64,000 nt of DNA from Anthoceros angustus. Lineage: Eukaryota; Plantae; Anthocerotophyta. The DNA is taken from the NCBI GenBank assembly GCA_010909165.1, contig MU008165.1, positions 1,240,001 through 1,304,000 of the forward strand, in the 5' to 3' direction. The first letter of the stretch is position 1; the number at the start of each line of letters is the position of its first letter. Below the pieces are notes generated by a model. That model was not told where the DNA came from, did not search any database, and worked only from the letters and a program-made list of their open reading frames with translations. The position numbers and the translations under genes were made by a program. Shown here one piece after another: positions 1 to 12,317 of the stretch.

Positions 1-763
1 GCCTCTGCCGCTCGCACAACTCCGCTGCCAAAGAGAAGCCGCATCCCACGCATCTCCACCAGCAGCCATTCCTGCGCTACTCCTCGCTCCACTTCCACTG
101 CGAGCCCAGCCTTAAGTGCTAGGTGATGACATCCATGACTTCTGTGTGCCTGTCCGACCCCTGCCGTATGTCTAGCTTGACCAAGGAGTGACGGCCAACC
201 TGAGTCCGGAAACTCGAGTAAGGAAAAACCTACCCTGACTGGGTTGAACATGTTCCACTCACCTAATATATATATTTATTGAGATTATCTAAGCTTTGTA
301 AGTAAATAAAACATTACACTCGTACTTAGCACCGGAGGACCTAACGCAAGAAAACAGCAAAACCAAATCCGCAAGAGCCCCGGAGCAAAAAAGGGGACAA
401 AATGGAGGGGAGGAGTTAGGTGCCACACCTAATGTGTGCAATGGGATGTGCACATCATTAGTGTCTTCTATATCCGCATCTATTATTTAATATTAATTTT
501 CTATAAATCTTAATATATATAATACCTAATATCTAATATTCACTGCCTGTTGTAGTTTGATTGTATATGCAGCTTCTATGTTTGAAGTTATTAGTATATA
601 ATGGAGTTTCATGGTTGTACAATTACAAAGTACTCATTCTTCTAGTGTGTTGGAGTTAGACAATACATGTGTGGCTGCATGCTTAAAGTGAATTGTGGAT
701 GTAAAACGTACTTGTTGTGGTGATCAACCTACATTACTTGAGTCTTGCGATACTCCTGAATCC

Positions 764-1474
764 ATGTCAATGGAGAAAAATGAGTTAAGAAAAGTGAGAT
801 CTAAAGATAGCGCTAGGCAAAAAGTAGAATTACTAGCAGTATGTAAGGATGTAGAAGAACAAGTGGCATCGTCTCTGTTCTTCAGGAAATTTTGTGGGCA
901 AATGCAAAGCAGTTTACGACTGCATCTTTCGATATCGAAGCAGATTGTATTATATGGAATAGGGGATTTGACGACTAATGAGCAAGCACGGTACCAGCTG
1001 GCGCTTACATTGTTGATAAAGAAAACTCTTCCACATATCGAAAAAATTGTGATTTATGACCCTATATTGGATAATTTTCAACGATCAGTGCTGAAAGATC
1101 TGGGGTGCTCCACACTGAAAGATAATTTTTTGGGAGATTTAACTTTCTCTGTGCCCACCATTTTTTATATGCCACGTTGTCCCTTCTACATTTGTGAAGC
1201 TACTATAAGGTCCAACATACAACTCGCATTCTCAGGCCAAGCTGTGTTTTTGGGCACTAGCCTAATAAGATATTGTGAAGGTTGGTCACAATCAAATGTG
1301 TATACGAACAAAATACATACAAATATTTCATTAATGTCCAAGTTTGTACAAGAATATCCAATTGATAGCTTGGGATTCTCGTCATCTTTGCATGCAGCTT
1401 TCAATAAAACCACTTGGTATTTCTTCCCATCTTTTCCTTTATGTATGCAACTGAATCATTCGAAAAAACAATGA
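764..1474 (+). CDS. SRR1-domain protein (SENSITIVITY TO RED LIGHT REDUCED 1-like), copy 1, intronless
   Basis: ORF 695-1474 (GTG at 695, first ATG at 764) carries SRR1-family motifs IVLYGIG, ARYQLAL, IYDP, LGC, PTIFYMPRCP and a C-terminal AFNKTTWYFF; AT-rich. Confidence 0.8.
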   Translation: MSMEKNELRKVRSKDSARQKVELLAVCKDVEEQVASSLFFRKFCGQMQSSLRLHLSISKQIVLYGIGDLTTNEQARYQLALTLLIKKTLPHIEKIVIYDPILDNFQRSVLKDLGCSTLKDNFLGDLTFSVPTIFYMPRCPFYICEATIRSNIQLAFSGQAVFLGTSLIRYCEGWSQSNVYTNKIHTNISLMSKFVQEYPIDSLGFSSSLHAAFNKTTWYFFPSFPLCMQLNHSKKQ

Positions 1475-1499
1475 GATGAAGAATTGATAGGAGGGAAGG

Positions 1500-2010
1500 A
1501 TAACTTTGGAGGAGTCTGATGGCATGGCCTCTAGCGCGAGGCATGTCAGAGGCGGAGTCAGAAGCCTCTACCGAGGAGGAGGAACCCCGCCGCAAAAAAA
1601 AGAAGAAGAAGCTAGCGGTAAAACGGAAGTCTGCGTGAGGAAATTCAAAGCCGAGAGCAAAACATTTTGCTAGGAGTTGAGTTTTGAAAGAGGAAGACAG
1701 TTGAAGAAGTTGAAAACACCCTTAATCAATTCGTTAAGGAACTTCATTCTAAGAGGACGATTTCTATGAAGGCATGAGGAATGATGGAAGTTACACCTGA
1801 ATGCAAAATTGAAGTACATTAAGAAACTGGGGTCCGAGAGAGTTGGCTTAAAGTACAGAAATAGATGGGAACTCGCTATCGAGCGGAAGAGTGTTGAGAA
1901 GGCAAGGATGACACTACAATCCGATGGACCAAATTGGAGTACAATAGGAATGCGTTGCGTGACCCTTTGCAAAGAACAAAGCGTTGGTGGTGGCATTGGT
2001 GGCCTATGAT
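1500..2010 (+). other. Degenerate coding-like fragment, probably TE-derived
   Basis: Broken frames include SEAESEASTEEEEPRRKKKKKK (NLS-like) and a stop-interrupted frame running into ORF 1809-2009; no family recognised. Confidence 0.25.
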
Positions 2011-2726
2011 CTAACAATCTCGAATAAAATTGGGTTATTGAAGTTTTGATTGGCCGATGGTCATTAGGTCGTAAACCAAATTATGGGAGGTTCTCTTGTA
2101 TATAAACTAGTAATTAGGTCTAAGGAATAGAGTTGGAGGTTTGTTGCAAGCATGAGGTTTAGGCGATGTATGTTTCATCCTTCTAGATCTTGAATCATGG
2201 GGTTGCGAGACCTATGCACAAGCCTTGACCTAAGAGATATAGAGAGCACATTTATAGGCGGAGGCTACATCCAAGCTAGGGAGTAGGTTGCTTGCGTATT
2301 CGTGATTCCGCCCCATCTTGCACCCTCTTAGCTTACGTAATTGGTGTGAAATCCAGGGATATTAAGCTAGCTAGGTAAACAATAAGCATAGGCAATGTTA
2401 GAGTAAAAGGCTGTTTAGGCTAACTATGGAGGCGAACAGCTAAAGATAGGAGGCTGATAGGCACGCAACAGACTTTCAGCAGATGAAGACCTTGGGAGTT
2501 GGACAAGACGGTAGTACTACATATGCACTTTTCAAAGATGCAACCAGCCTTGCTATAAGAAAGCAGCCTTTTGATTGTAAACACAAGCCCAGTTCCTATA
2601 TGGAACTATGGCCCTTTGCTCTAACAAGCTATCCTTTGGTTGAGTCCTCTTCTCGATCTGTCTGTAAGAAAAAGGTATTTGGCGTACAAGTGTGTTGAAG
2701 CATCCTTGTAGCACCCCGCTGAAAGA

Positions 2727-2840
2727 CCCTCCTGGTAGCCACAATATTAGGAGGTTTTGTTTCAACATGTTTGCAGCTGGGGGCCTCCTGGTAGCCACAA
2801 CATTAGGAGGTTTTGTCTCAACATGTTTGAAGCTGGGGGA
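2727..2840. repeat. Tandem duplication, about 57 bp x2
   Basis: cctcctggtagccacaa(t/c)attaggaggttttgt(t/c)tcaacatgtttg(c/a)agctggggg occurs twice head to tail. Confidence 0.85.
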
Positions 2841-3301
2841 CGCAGATAGTGTCGGTCTGTATGATGCATACGTGCAGCCCTTGCAGGTCAGGATTACCAC
2901 CAGGTCATGATGCACAGCCAGAACATTGTGCAGAAATTGCATCACATAAGCCCGAAATGGCATCACATAAGCCCTCAAGGTTGAGGCATACAGGCTTGTG
3001 GAATCCTTTGATAGAGTGATAGTAAGAAAGAGCTCATACATTTGCTGCCCGTGTTTATGTGTAACCATATGTTACACATGTGCGTAGGTATATACCTAAG
3101 GGCAACCACACCTCATTTATGTGCATATGACATGCCTCCAAAATGTTGGCGGCCAGGTCTAGAAGCCCACCCTTCATTACCGAGGAACTCAGATTCGACA
3201 GGTCTCATAACACAGTCTTATCTAGAGTCGAGTCCAACCTTGGTGCGTCCACTGTTGCGTTGTACGAGAGTTGGGGCCTGGCAATTTGCACCACCTCCGG
3301 G

Positions 3302-4177
3302 ATGGCGATCGGCCGGGGCCAGGGATTGTACTGGCAGAGGTGCGAGAGAGATGGAGGCAGCCTGGGCATCGTGGCTGTGGCCAGCTGGATGCTGAGCAAG
3401 CCGCGGCAACTGCAGCCTTACCTTCGGGAATACGCTGCCTGCGGGTGGGACTCCCTGGCGTGCCACCCGGCCGTGCTCAATCTGTGGTTCCCCGGCCGCG
3501 CGCGCTTGCTGGCGTTGCAGATGCTGGAGGAGCTGGCCCGGGAGGTGCAGCAGAGGCCTAGGGCGATCGTGTTCGCCACTTTCTCCGGCGGAGCCAAGGC
3601 CTGCCTCTACCAGGCCTTCCGCATCCTCCTTGACCCGGACCCCGAGCCCGCCGGGAAGTGGAACGCCGTCCGGGCGTGCGTCGCGGGCCAGATGCACGAC
3701 TCCAGCCCCACCGAGTTCCGCAGCGACGTCGGCGCCAAGTTCGTGAGCCGCTCCTTCATGCCGGGCTTCGGCAGGCCGCCCGTGGCCCTCTTCTGGCTCG
3801 CCCGGGCGGGAGGATGCGCTGCGGACAAGGTCTTCCTCGCGGAGTTCCAGCGGCAGGAGAAGGAGTACTGGCGTGTGATGCACGGATCTGCGAAATTAGG
3901 CCCCGCGCTGTTGCTGTGTTCCAGGTCCGATCCGCTGCTGAAGTTTGATACGGTGCGCGGATTCGCGCGCAAGCTGGAGGAGCTCGGTTGCGCTGTCACG
4001 CTCGTGGTTTGGGATGATTCCATGCATGTCTCGCATCTAAGGCAGTATCCGGAAGAGTACCGCGCCGCCATCGCCGCCTTCCTCCGAGGTATTGTTGCAG
4101 CGCGGGAACATCAAGATGGTGAGCTGCTGGCCCCGCAAGAGGTCGCGGGAAGTGATCTTCTTGTTTCCAAGTTATGA
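3302..4177 (+). CDS. DUF829/TMEM53-like alpha/beta-fold protein, intronless
   Basis: Likely start MAIGRGQGLYW (ATG 3302, within ORF 3143-4177); motifs GWDSLAC, FATFSGGAKAC, HDSSP, LLLCSRSD, WDDSMHVSH typical of the plant DUF829 family. Confidence 0.85.
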   Translation: MAIGRGQGLYWQRCERDGGSLGIVAVASWMLSKPRQLQPYLREYAACGWDSLACHPAVLNLWFPGRARLLALQMLEELAREVQQRPRAIVFATFSGGAKACLYQAFRILLDPDPEPAGKWNAVRACVAGQMHDSSPTEFRSDVGAKFVSRSFMPGFGRPPVALFWLARAGGCAADKVFLAEFQRQEKEYWRVMHGSAKLGPALLLCSRSDPLLKFDTVRGFARKLEELGCAVTLVVWDDSMHVSHLRQYPEEYRAAIAAFLRGIVAAREHQDGELLAPQEVAGSDLLVSKL

Positions 4178-4263
4178 AATAGAAATGGATGGATGGGTGG
4201 ATGCTGAGCGCTTAATGGAATGAATCGATGAAGTGAGAAAATGTGCAAGGCTTAACGCCAGAC

Positions 4264-5517
4264 ATGGCCTTAGCTGCTCCGAGCTGCATCCGGGCTCGAG
4301 CCCTGCCGGGCCGGGGTGTGGAGTCGGCGAGGCAGGGGGTGGTTCCGCAGAGAGTCGGCTTGGTGCAAGATCCCAGGCTGCTTCTTGCGTGCAGACAATG
4401 GGCTTCGATCGATTGCGGAGCAGGGAGGGCTCGGCCGGGTGCTCGGGCTTTGCCTGAAGCAGGTTCTGGAGTGGATGTGGGGGAGGATGCAGTGGAGAGG
4501 AAGGCCGTCGCTGCAGCTACAGTCGCAGCTGTTGCTCCAGATGCCACAGCGGAGGCCGCAGCGGGGGCTGCCGATGCTGCCTCAAGGCAGGTTGAGGAGG
4601 AGGAGGGGGAATTTGTGATTAGTGCGGAGTTGCAGGCTGTGTATGAGAGTTGCCGGGAGTGGAGATGGCGGGGGCACAGGATCAATTACGCCGTGCAAGG
4701 GAGCGGGGAGCCGCTGCTGCTGGTGCACGGCTTCGGGGCGTCCATCGGGCACTGGCGGAAGAACATCCCGGTGCTGGCGCGGACGCATCAGGTGTATGCC
4801 GTGGATCTTCTAGGGCTGGGTGCGTCGGACAAGCCGGAGGGGTTCAGGTACAGCATGGAGACGTGGGCCGAGCTCCTGGTGGAGTTCGTGCAGGAGGTGA
4901 TTGGCCGCCCGGCGGTGCTGATCGGGAACTCCATCGGGAGCCTGGCGTGTTTGATTGCCGCGGTGGATGCTCCGGCTGGGATGGTGAGGGGGACGGTCTT
5001 GCTTAACTGCGCCGGGGGGATGAACAACAAAGCGGTGACGGAGGATTGGCGGCTCAAGCTGGCGTCTCCTATTTTGTGGCTGCTGGATTTCCTGCTCAAC
5101 CAGCCGAGGGTGGCCTTGGCCCTGTTTGACAGGGTGAGGACGCCGGGTAATATCAAGTCGGTGCTGCAGTCAGTTTACAGCAACAAGGAGGCTGTGGATG
5201 AGGAGCTGGTGGAGGTGATCCTGAGGCCGGCTGGGGACCCGGGGGCTCTGGATGCCTTTGTGTCCATCATCACCGGGCCTCCGGGGCCCAAACCCCAGTC
5301 CCTCATGCCCCGTATCCAGGTGCCTGTTCTGCTGTTATGGGGTGACCAGGACCCGTTCACCCCGATAGACGGACCTGTGGGCAAGTACTTCACTGAGCTC
5401 TCTCAGACGGCGCCTAATGTGGAGCTGCGTCTGCTGCCGAACTTGGGCCATTGCCCGCACGACGATAGGCCCGAACTCGTGCACCAGAATCTGCTTCCCT
5501 GGCTTGCCGCTCTGTGA
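4264..5517 (+). CDS. CLD1: Plastid alpha/beta hydrolase, chlorophyll dephytylase 1-like, intronless
   Basis: ATG 4264, Ala/Arg-rich transit-like N-terminus; LLLVHGFGAS, GNSIG nucleophile elbow, LLNCAGGMNNKA, AFVSIITGPPGP, DGPVGKYF and GHCPHDDRPELVH match the CLD1 clade as recalled. Confidence 0.8.
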   Translation: MALAAPSCIRARALPGRGVESARQGVVPQRVGLVQDPRLLLACRQWASIDCGAGRARPGARALPEAGSGVDVGEDAVERKAVAAATVAAVAPDATAEAAAGAADAASRQVEEEEGEFVISAELQAVYESCREWRWRGHRINYAVQGSGEPLLLVHGFGASIGHWRKNIPVLARTHQVYAVDLLGLGASDKPEGFRYSMETWAELLVEFVQEVIGRPAVLIGNSIGSLACLIAAVDAPAGMVRGTVLLNCAGGMNNKAVTEDWRLKLASPILWLLDFLLNQPRVALALFDRVRTPGNIKSVLQSVYSNKEAVDEELVEVILRPAGDPGALDAFVSIITGPPGPKPQSLMPRIQVPVLLLWGDQDPFTPIDGPVGKYFTELSQTAPNVELRLLPNLGHCPHDDRPELVHQNLLPWLAAL

Positions 5518-6046
5518 TACACAAATGTACCATGACATTTCTTCGGACACAGCGACATTGTGCCCGACAGTGTAACAATATCTTAGTGTGTATGCGGTTC
5601 CCATTGGAAGTGCAAGAAGGATTGTGCTCGCCAGTGTGTCAGGCCCCGTTATGTATTTTTCATTCCAATTGGGATTGCAAGAAGGGCCCATTCATTGTTG
5701 TAGATTCCATGAACTTTCTGGAACCTTCATCATAATTCCAGTATTCTCCTTCCACATGTTCGATATTCGCTAAATGTGCCAATAGATACATCCGAGTAGG
5801 AACGTAGGAACAATTGCCAAATAATTAAGAGAACCTGTGGAAGTATGGGAAACGTTCGTCGCTTTCAGGGCTACTTGCGCACATTTCCCAAAATCTACCT
5901 TCATTCCTGATATAATTAAGAATTTATCGACAATCAACGCAACTCACTAGGTACTACTAGGGTACAGGCCCTGGACAGCCCAGGGAAGAGGTCCCAAAAT
6001 TGAGTGACCACAACAAAGTGGTTGTCCAGCTATGAATCACCTGACT

Positions 6047-9000
6047 TTACAGTTTCCCACCCTTCTTCTGCATCTTCGGGTTCTTGCACATCCGCACACT
6101 GAGAGGAGTAACTTCAACCAGCTCATCCTCTTGAATGTACTCAACACAGTCATCCAGACTGAAATCGATAGGAGAATCCAACACCACTGCAAAGAAGGCG
6201 CAATTTCCTCAGTCCCGGCTACGAAAGACGTTTGGAACGCACGGCTAACCAGCCTATGCACATACACGCCATGGAAACGGAAGCGCTTACCTGTTGCTTC
6301 CTTGTTAGATCGGACATTGGTAGCAGCCTTCCTCTTGCAAGCATTCAAAGCCAGGTCTCCTGGACGTTGGTGAATGCCTATGATTTGACCCCTGTACACT
6401 TCCACTCCGGGTCCCAGAAACAGCTGACCCCGCTCCTGACAACTGAAAAGGGCATACGAAGTCGTCGTGCCAGTCTCAAATGCCACCTGCAGACATGTGG
6501 GATACATTTGGTCACAAAACAGACCTCATGTTTGCTGACAGATCTCAGGTTGACGACAGCAAAATCTTACCAGTGAGCCCTGTTCTCTCATACTGATGTC
6601 TCCTGCCCAATCTCCATATCCATGAAAGTTCGTGTTCAGAACAGCTGTGCCTCGGGAGGCAGTGAGCATTGCATTACGCAGCCCAAGAAGGCCACGAGTA
6701 GGAATTCGATACTTCACCACTGTTGAGTTCTCCAGGCTAGAGCAAAACATAGATTTCAACCTCCAGTAAGCATCGTTAACGGCACACTTCTCATATTTTT
6801 GCTTCCAAGCATGTCACTGTGGTATTACCCAGAAGCCAGCATATCCAGCATTTGCCCTCGGCGTTTGCTTAGCATGTCGACAACACTACCAACATACTCC
6901 TGAGGTACTTCCACCGTTGCATCCTGATTGATTGGTCGAGATCACAAATTGTCAGCACAAGCTCGTCGGGCAGAGGCCTAAGGCAGAAAACCAGAAACTC
7001 TTCCCAGCAAACTCAAGAGAAGCTTCACCTCATAAGGTTCCAACTTCACTCCCTTTTCCTCCTTATTGATCACTTTTGGTGGACCAATCATGAATTCATA
7101 GCCCTCCCGCCTCCTGTGCACGGAAAGAGATCAAAACTCAGACCGCATGTGCAACCAACACTTCGCTGCCAGGATACCAGAACAGAATCACCAGAGTTTA
7201 GTGGGAAAATGGAGTTACATGTTCTCAATGAGAATGGTGATGTGCAATGTGCCCCTCCCACTAATGATAAAAGTATCAGCGGTCTCCCCATCCTCCACCT
7301 TCATGGCTAAATTCCTCTCCAGCTCCCGGTACAATCTGTCTCGCAAATTCCTGCTTGTCACGAACTTCCCCTACACACGTTTGTTAAGAAAGATGTGTGA
7401 ATACATCACCAAGTAGCCCACATCGACTGTTGTCTTCTGACTCAAAAGTAAGCACATCACGAAGACACTTACCTCCTTCCCTGCAAAAGGGGAGGTGTTC
7501 ACAGAGAAGGACATTTTCACAGTGGGCTCCTCAACTTTAATGGTCGGCAGGGCTGTGCCATCAACCCTATCAGCAAGTGTTTCACCAATCTGTCACCACA
7601 TTGGCACACAGTTCAGATGACTCAAGCTGACCACACAGGAAACCCACGTGTTTTTCCTGAACTAGTAAAGCATGCTATTCCACTTGGGACAAAACGGCTA
7701 AGCAGAAGTGAGAAGGTCCCTACCAGGACATCGCTGATTCCAGAAAGACAGCAAATGTCCCCAGCCTCCACAATATCAGCAGGTACACGAGTGAAGTTGT
7801 CATAAACAAACAACTCATTCACTTTAACATTCCTGCAAGCTCCATCTGGAGTGCACACCTGCAAGCACAGCTGAAAGGATTAGACAAACACATACTATAC
7901 TACTACTTGATTGGGTCACTGAAACTAGAAATTGTCACTGACCTTGGCATCCATCCCCTTAATCATCTTCCCAGCATGCACCCTTCCAATGGCAATCCGG
8001 CCCTTGTGCTCATCGTAGTCAAGATTCGTCACCTGGCAGCACAAATTCACATCAAAATCCAGTTATCTAAAAAGGACTAACGTCCACAAACTGGATCAAG
8101 AGAAAACTCCAAGCAACTTACCAGCATTTGCAAGGGTCCATCGACATCCACCCTTGGCTCCGGGACGCATCTTAGCACAGACTCAAACAGGGGTTCCAGA
8201 TCATCTGCAAGAGTATCTGGCTGCAGGCCTGCCTTCCCTTGGATGCCACTTGCGTACACCACTTGGAAGTCACACTGATGACAAGAAATCGTTGGTGTCA
8301 GCCCTGCTCTACTACAAAGTAACCTTCCGTGGCAGAAAAGTTGCCACACAAATGAGGCTCCGCATTTGGCAGGATCTTGCAGTGTACTCACCTGCTCATC
8401 CGTTGCATTCAACTCCAAGAACAGCTCAAACGTTGTGTTGACAACATACTCCACTCGTGCTGAAGGCCTGTCAACCTTGTTAACTACCACCACAACAGTG
8501 TGGCCGAGCTCTAAGGCCTTCTTCAAGACAAACCTGGTCTGTGGCATGGGCCCCTCCACAGAATCCACCTGTGTCAGCAAACACAACAATGAGACGCCGT
8601 CTCAAGCTACCGTTTACAGAACCGTCAGAGTCTAACAGGCATGCCGCAAGACAAAAGTCCAGGACAGAGCGGTACCAGCAACAAAACTCCATCAACCATG
8701 TTGAGAACCCGTTCTACTTCACCCCCGAAGTCAGAGTGACCAGGTGTGTCAATTATGTTAATCTTCTTCCCCTTGTATCGAATAGCTGTATTCTTGCTGA
8801 GGATAGTGATTCCCCTCTCCCTCTCCAGCGCGTTCGAGTCCATAATTCTCTCTTGCACAGACTGATTGTCACGAAATACCTGGAACTCACCGGCATCAGT
8901 ACTTCGCTCCCACTCCCAGACAGACACCGCAAGCCGACTCAGTGAGCTGAAACCGGCCAAGAAAAAATGCAACAGAAAAAAATCCACCTTAGCTTGGCGG

Positions 9001-9478
9001 AGCATGGCATCGACCAGCGTTGTCTTTCCATGATCGACATGCGCGATGATCGCGATGTTGCGCACATCAGTCCTGGTCTGCAGGCGCTTCTCTCTAGCTG
9101 CAGAGCACAGCAGGCAAGGACCGGGAATCTGAGCAGAAGAAACCGACGCACATTCCATCTGTATGCACCGAATTGAAATCCACACCGATGGCCTATCCTA
9201 CAGTGCAACCGAATCCATCGCCATACATTGCGGCTGCTCCTCGGTGGCCAGAGCGCACCGGGCACCCCCGGCGTTGGGAAACCGCTGTAGCCGGCAGTCG
9301 ACAGCGCGGGAGCTGGAGGCGGCGCAGAGCGAGTCCCCGAGCAGCTCGGGGCGGAAACAGGGGCAACCGAGGGGCATGCGGCCCGGGCCGGCTCCGCCTG
9401 CCTCCCCAGCCGGCTGCCGCCTCCCGCCTGCACCTTGCTCCATTGCACGCAGCTCCCGGCCTGCGCGAGGCTGGCCAT
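6047..9478 (-). CDS. typA: Plastid translational GTPase TypA/BipA (SVR3-like), multi-exon
   Basis: Exons encode [75 protein letters not shown] and C-terminal [17 protein letters not shown]...GGKL*; GT-AG introns; start ATG at 9478. Confidence 0.95.
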
Positions 9479-9839
9479 CGCAGCGCACTGGATACTTGTT
9501 GCCCAGAGGAAGCGGCAGGGAGGCGAGCGAGACGCGGAGACGACGATGCTGCACCCAAAGAATGCAGGCTGCTCGTGGTACTTAGCCGCTACGGCGAGGC
9601 TCGCAGAGCCACAAGACTATGAGCGGGTTTCATAATATTCGCCGGGTTCCGCCGCCGAGCCGCGGGTATTCGCCGGGAACTGGACGAGGCTGCGCCGAGG
9701 CGGGGCGAGCGTGGCTGGGAGTGGCGGGCTGGGCAAGGGCCTCAGACGGACCACGTACCGGTCGCTGGGCCACCGGCCCGTTATCTGGCGCGTCCACGAT
9801 TATGTGCCTTTGCCGGCGCGGCGTGCTGGTGCGGGCTCC
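9479..9839. promoter_or_regulatory. Putative bidirectional promoter between typA and KDTA
   Basis: Only 361 bp separate the divergent start codons; GC-rich with GGCCC/site-II-like motifs. Confidence 0.5.
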
Positions 9840-12317
9840 ATGGAACGTGGCGGCTGGCCATGGCTGCTGTACGCGGCTGTGACGTCGTCCCTTGGCCCGC
9901 TGCTGGTGCCGCCGTTGGTGCTGCTGCGGCGGATGCGCGGATTGGAGCTCGCGCGGCACTGGCCGGAGCGGCTCGGCCATGCCTCGCTCGCCAGGCCCGC
10001 TGGCCAGCTCCTGTGGTTCCATGCGGTGTCTGTAGGTGTGTTGCAGCGAGGCCGATGGCTTAGGGTTTAGTTTTGGAAGAATGATGTGCTGGATTACGGA
10101 TGCTGGTTTTGTTCTGTGTGACTGGAGCAGGTGAAGGTATGGCCGCGATTCCGGTGATCAAGCATTGCATGCAGGCTCGACCGGGTGTTAACATTCTGAT
10201 GACCACTTCCACAGTGGCTGCCTTGTAAGTACCGATCTGGTAGGAAGAAAAAGTTGTCAAGACAAGCTTTTCGAATTCTGGTCTGAGGAGGTTTGGTATT
10301 TGCAGCTCGTTCCTGGAGCAGACTCTTCCGCCAGGCGTCCTTTGCCAAGTTTGTCTGCGCAGCGCTGGGTTTTTGCATTTCTTGCTATTTAAGGCGTTTT
10401 TGTTTTCTTTCTGCTAATGGCAACGTTGCTGATGCAGTTTGCACCTTTTGATACCCCTTATGCAGTGAGACGTTTTCTGGTCCACTGGCAGCCTCAAGCG
10501 GCTATATTTATGGAGAGTGAGCTATGGCCGAACTTGATTATGGCAACAGCTGGTCACGGAGTATGTGTGCCCGTTGATGGGGTTTACTGTTACTCCCGCT
10601 CCTTATTGACACAGATAGGAGGTTTTTTGTGTGTCTAGGAGAAGAAGAGTTTTCCTCAGTATGTAGCCTACAAGCTAATCTGTTAACGTGTGTTACGCAG
10701 GTGACTTTGGCCTTGTTAAATGCCCGCATATCTAGCAGGTCCTTCCGACGATGGTCAGCAACGCCTGGTCGGAACTTGGTGACAGCTATGCTTTCAAAGT
10801 TTTCCCTGATTGCGCCCGTGGTACAGTCCCCATAGCTTGCATGATGGCAGCCCGAAGGCTTATCGTGGATTATCGTCATGCGCCTTTATTTGACTGTGAA
10901 ATTGACCTGCACTAGGAACTGATGTCTATATGCGGCTGAACGGAAAGGTAGAATGCTAAGGAGGCAGAGCACTTCCAAGTTCTTGGAGCGTCGCCAGCTG
11001 TCCTCCACGTCGCTGGGAATCTGAAATATGGTATGGGCTCCTAGTGGTTTAGTTCGTGGCTGTCCAGTTGTTTGCAGCTCCTTTTTGCTCGTATGACTGA
11101 TTGGAGTTCCTGCGACTGCAGCTTGCGGGCGTACAGAGCTCAGGCACCCAGACAAGCTGAACTCAGAAGCCATTTCGAAGGCGGAAGGGCGTCACATTTG
11201 GCTAGCAGCTTCAACTCACGATGGAGAAGAGGATGGTATGGGCACCATGGACCAGCATGATTGCCGGTTCTGTACCTTTCGAAAAATTCACGTTTTTGAG
11301 ATAATGCTGATTGTTCTGTAGTTGCTCTGAGGATACACACATGCTTAAGGAGAAGCATTCCGGACGTCCTCACTGTGATTGCACCCCGACATCCGGAACG
11401 TGCGCGAGGTTTTGTTCTGGTGAGATTTCCTGACGTCGTACCGCTGTACGTCCCCAACATTAAGATGTGGTCCTTTCAATTCTTTTGGGCGGGCTACACT
11501 CTGACTCTGAGGATTCACGTTCGAGCCGCACACTGTATGATTCATGGGTAGTCTGAGCTGTTGCGCCTGATTAAAAGTGTTGGGGCCTTGTAGAAATTGA
11601 AGAAGCACGGAATGCGAGTGGCACAGAGGTCAATCGGAGACGAGATAACCGCCTCCACGGAAGTGTATGTGGTCGATACAGTCGGTCAGTATCCGTTGAA
11701 TCTTGTTGCAGCCCAATGGGGAAGGCGTGCCAGTTAAAAGTTTTTCTTATGCCGCGGTTGTGTATCGTGTCACCAGGAGAGCTTGGCCTGATGTATCGTT
11801 TAGCCCCAATCGCCTTTGTGGGAGGCTCACTTTTCGAGGGCCTTCGTGGGCATAATTTCGGTGAAGCTGCAGCTGCCGGTTGCGCAATTTTGACAGGTGC
11901 ATCCGGATACTACCACTTGTGCCACCCTTTGGTTCTGCACTCCCTTCCATGTCGGGCGGATTTCCACGTGTGGTGATTCAATGCTGCTGGTGGACAGGGC
12001 CGCATTTAGGACACTTCACGGAGATGCTTCACGAGATGCAAATGGTCGAGCCATCGTCAGTTCAACAGGTGAGCTCTCATTTGCAGCGCAGGCGGTCCTT
12101 CCCATGGCGCATTGGTGAGTTTTTTTTAACGAGAGCCCTGCAGGTGGACGGTGAACTCGCTCTGCAAGCTGCCGTGGTGAAGTTATTCCATGATGAAGAG
12201 ACCCTGGCCGCGCGGAGAGAGGCCGCGCGACGTGCTTCCGCAGCGTGCGCGGCAGAGGTTGTGTCCAGGGTGTGGGAAGTGCTCGACACGCTGGTACTGA
12301 GCAAGAGTTTTGATTGA
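9840..12317 (+). CDS. KDTA: 3-deoxy-D-manno-octulosonic acid (Kdo) transferase, KDTA/WaaA-like, multi-exon
   Basis: MERGGWPWLLY...WPERLG...LLWFHAVSVG|EGMAAIP, FAPFDTP, ESELWPN, LLNARIS, IAPRHPER, GELGLMY, FVGGS, GHNFGEAA; spliceosomal introns; stop 12315-12317. Confidence 0.95.

Noticed and set aside
410-460. Small hairpins (ttaggtg-cca-cacctaa) upstream of SRR1 copy 1 as a Helitron 3' end
   Set aside because: No appropriately spaced CTRR terminus, and the stems are short enough to be chance.
6047-12317. typA plus kdtA as bacterial contamination or a recent horizontal transfer
   Set aside because: Both have many GT-AG introns and N-termini matching organelle-targeted plant orthologues.
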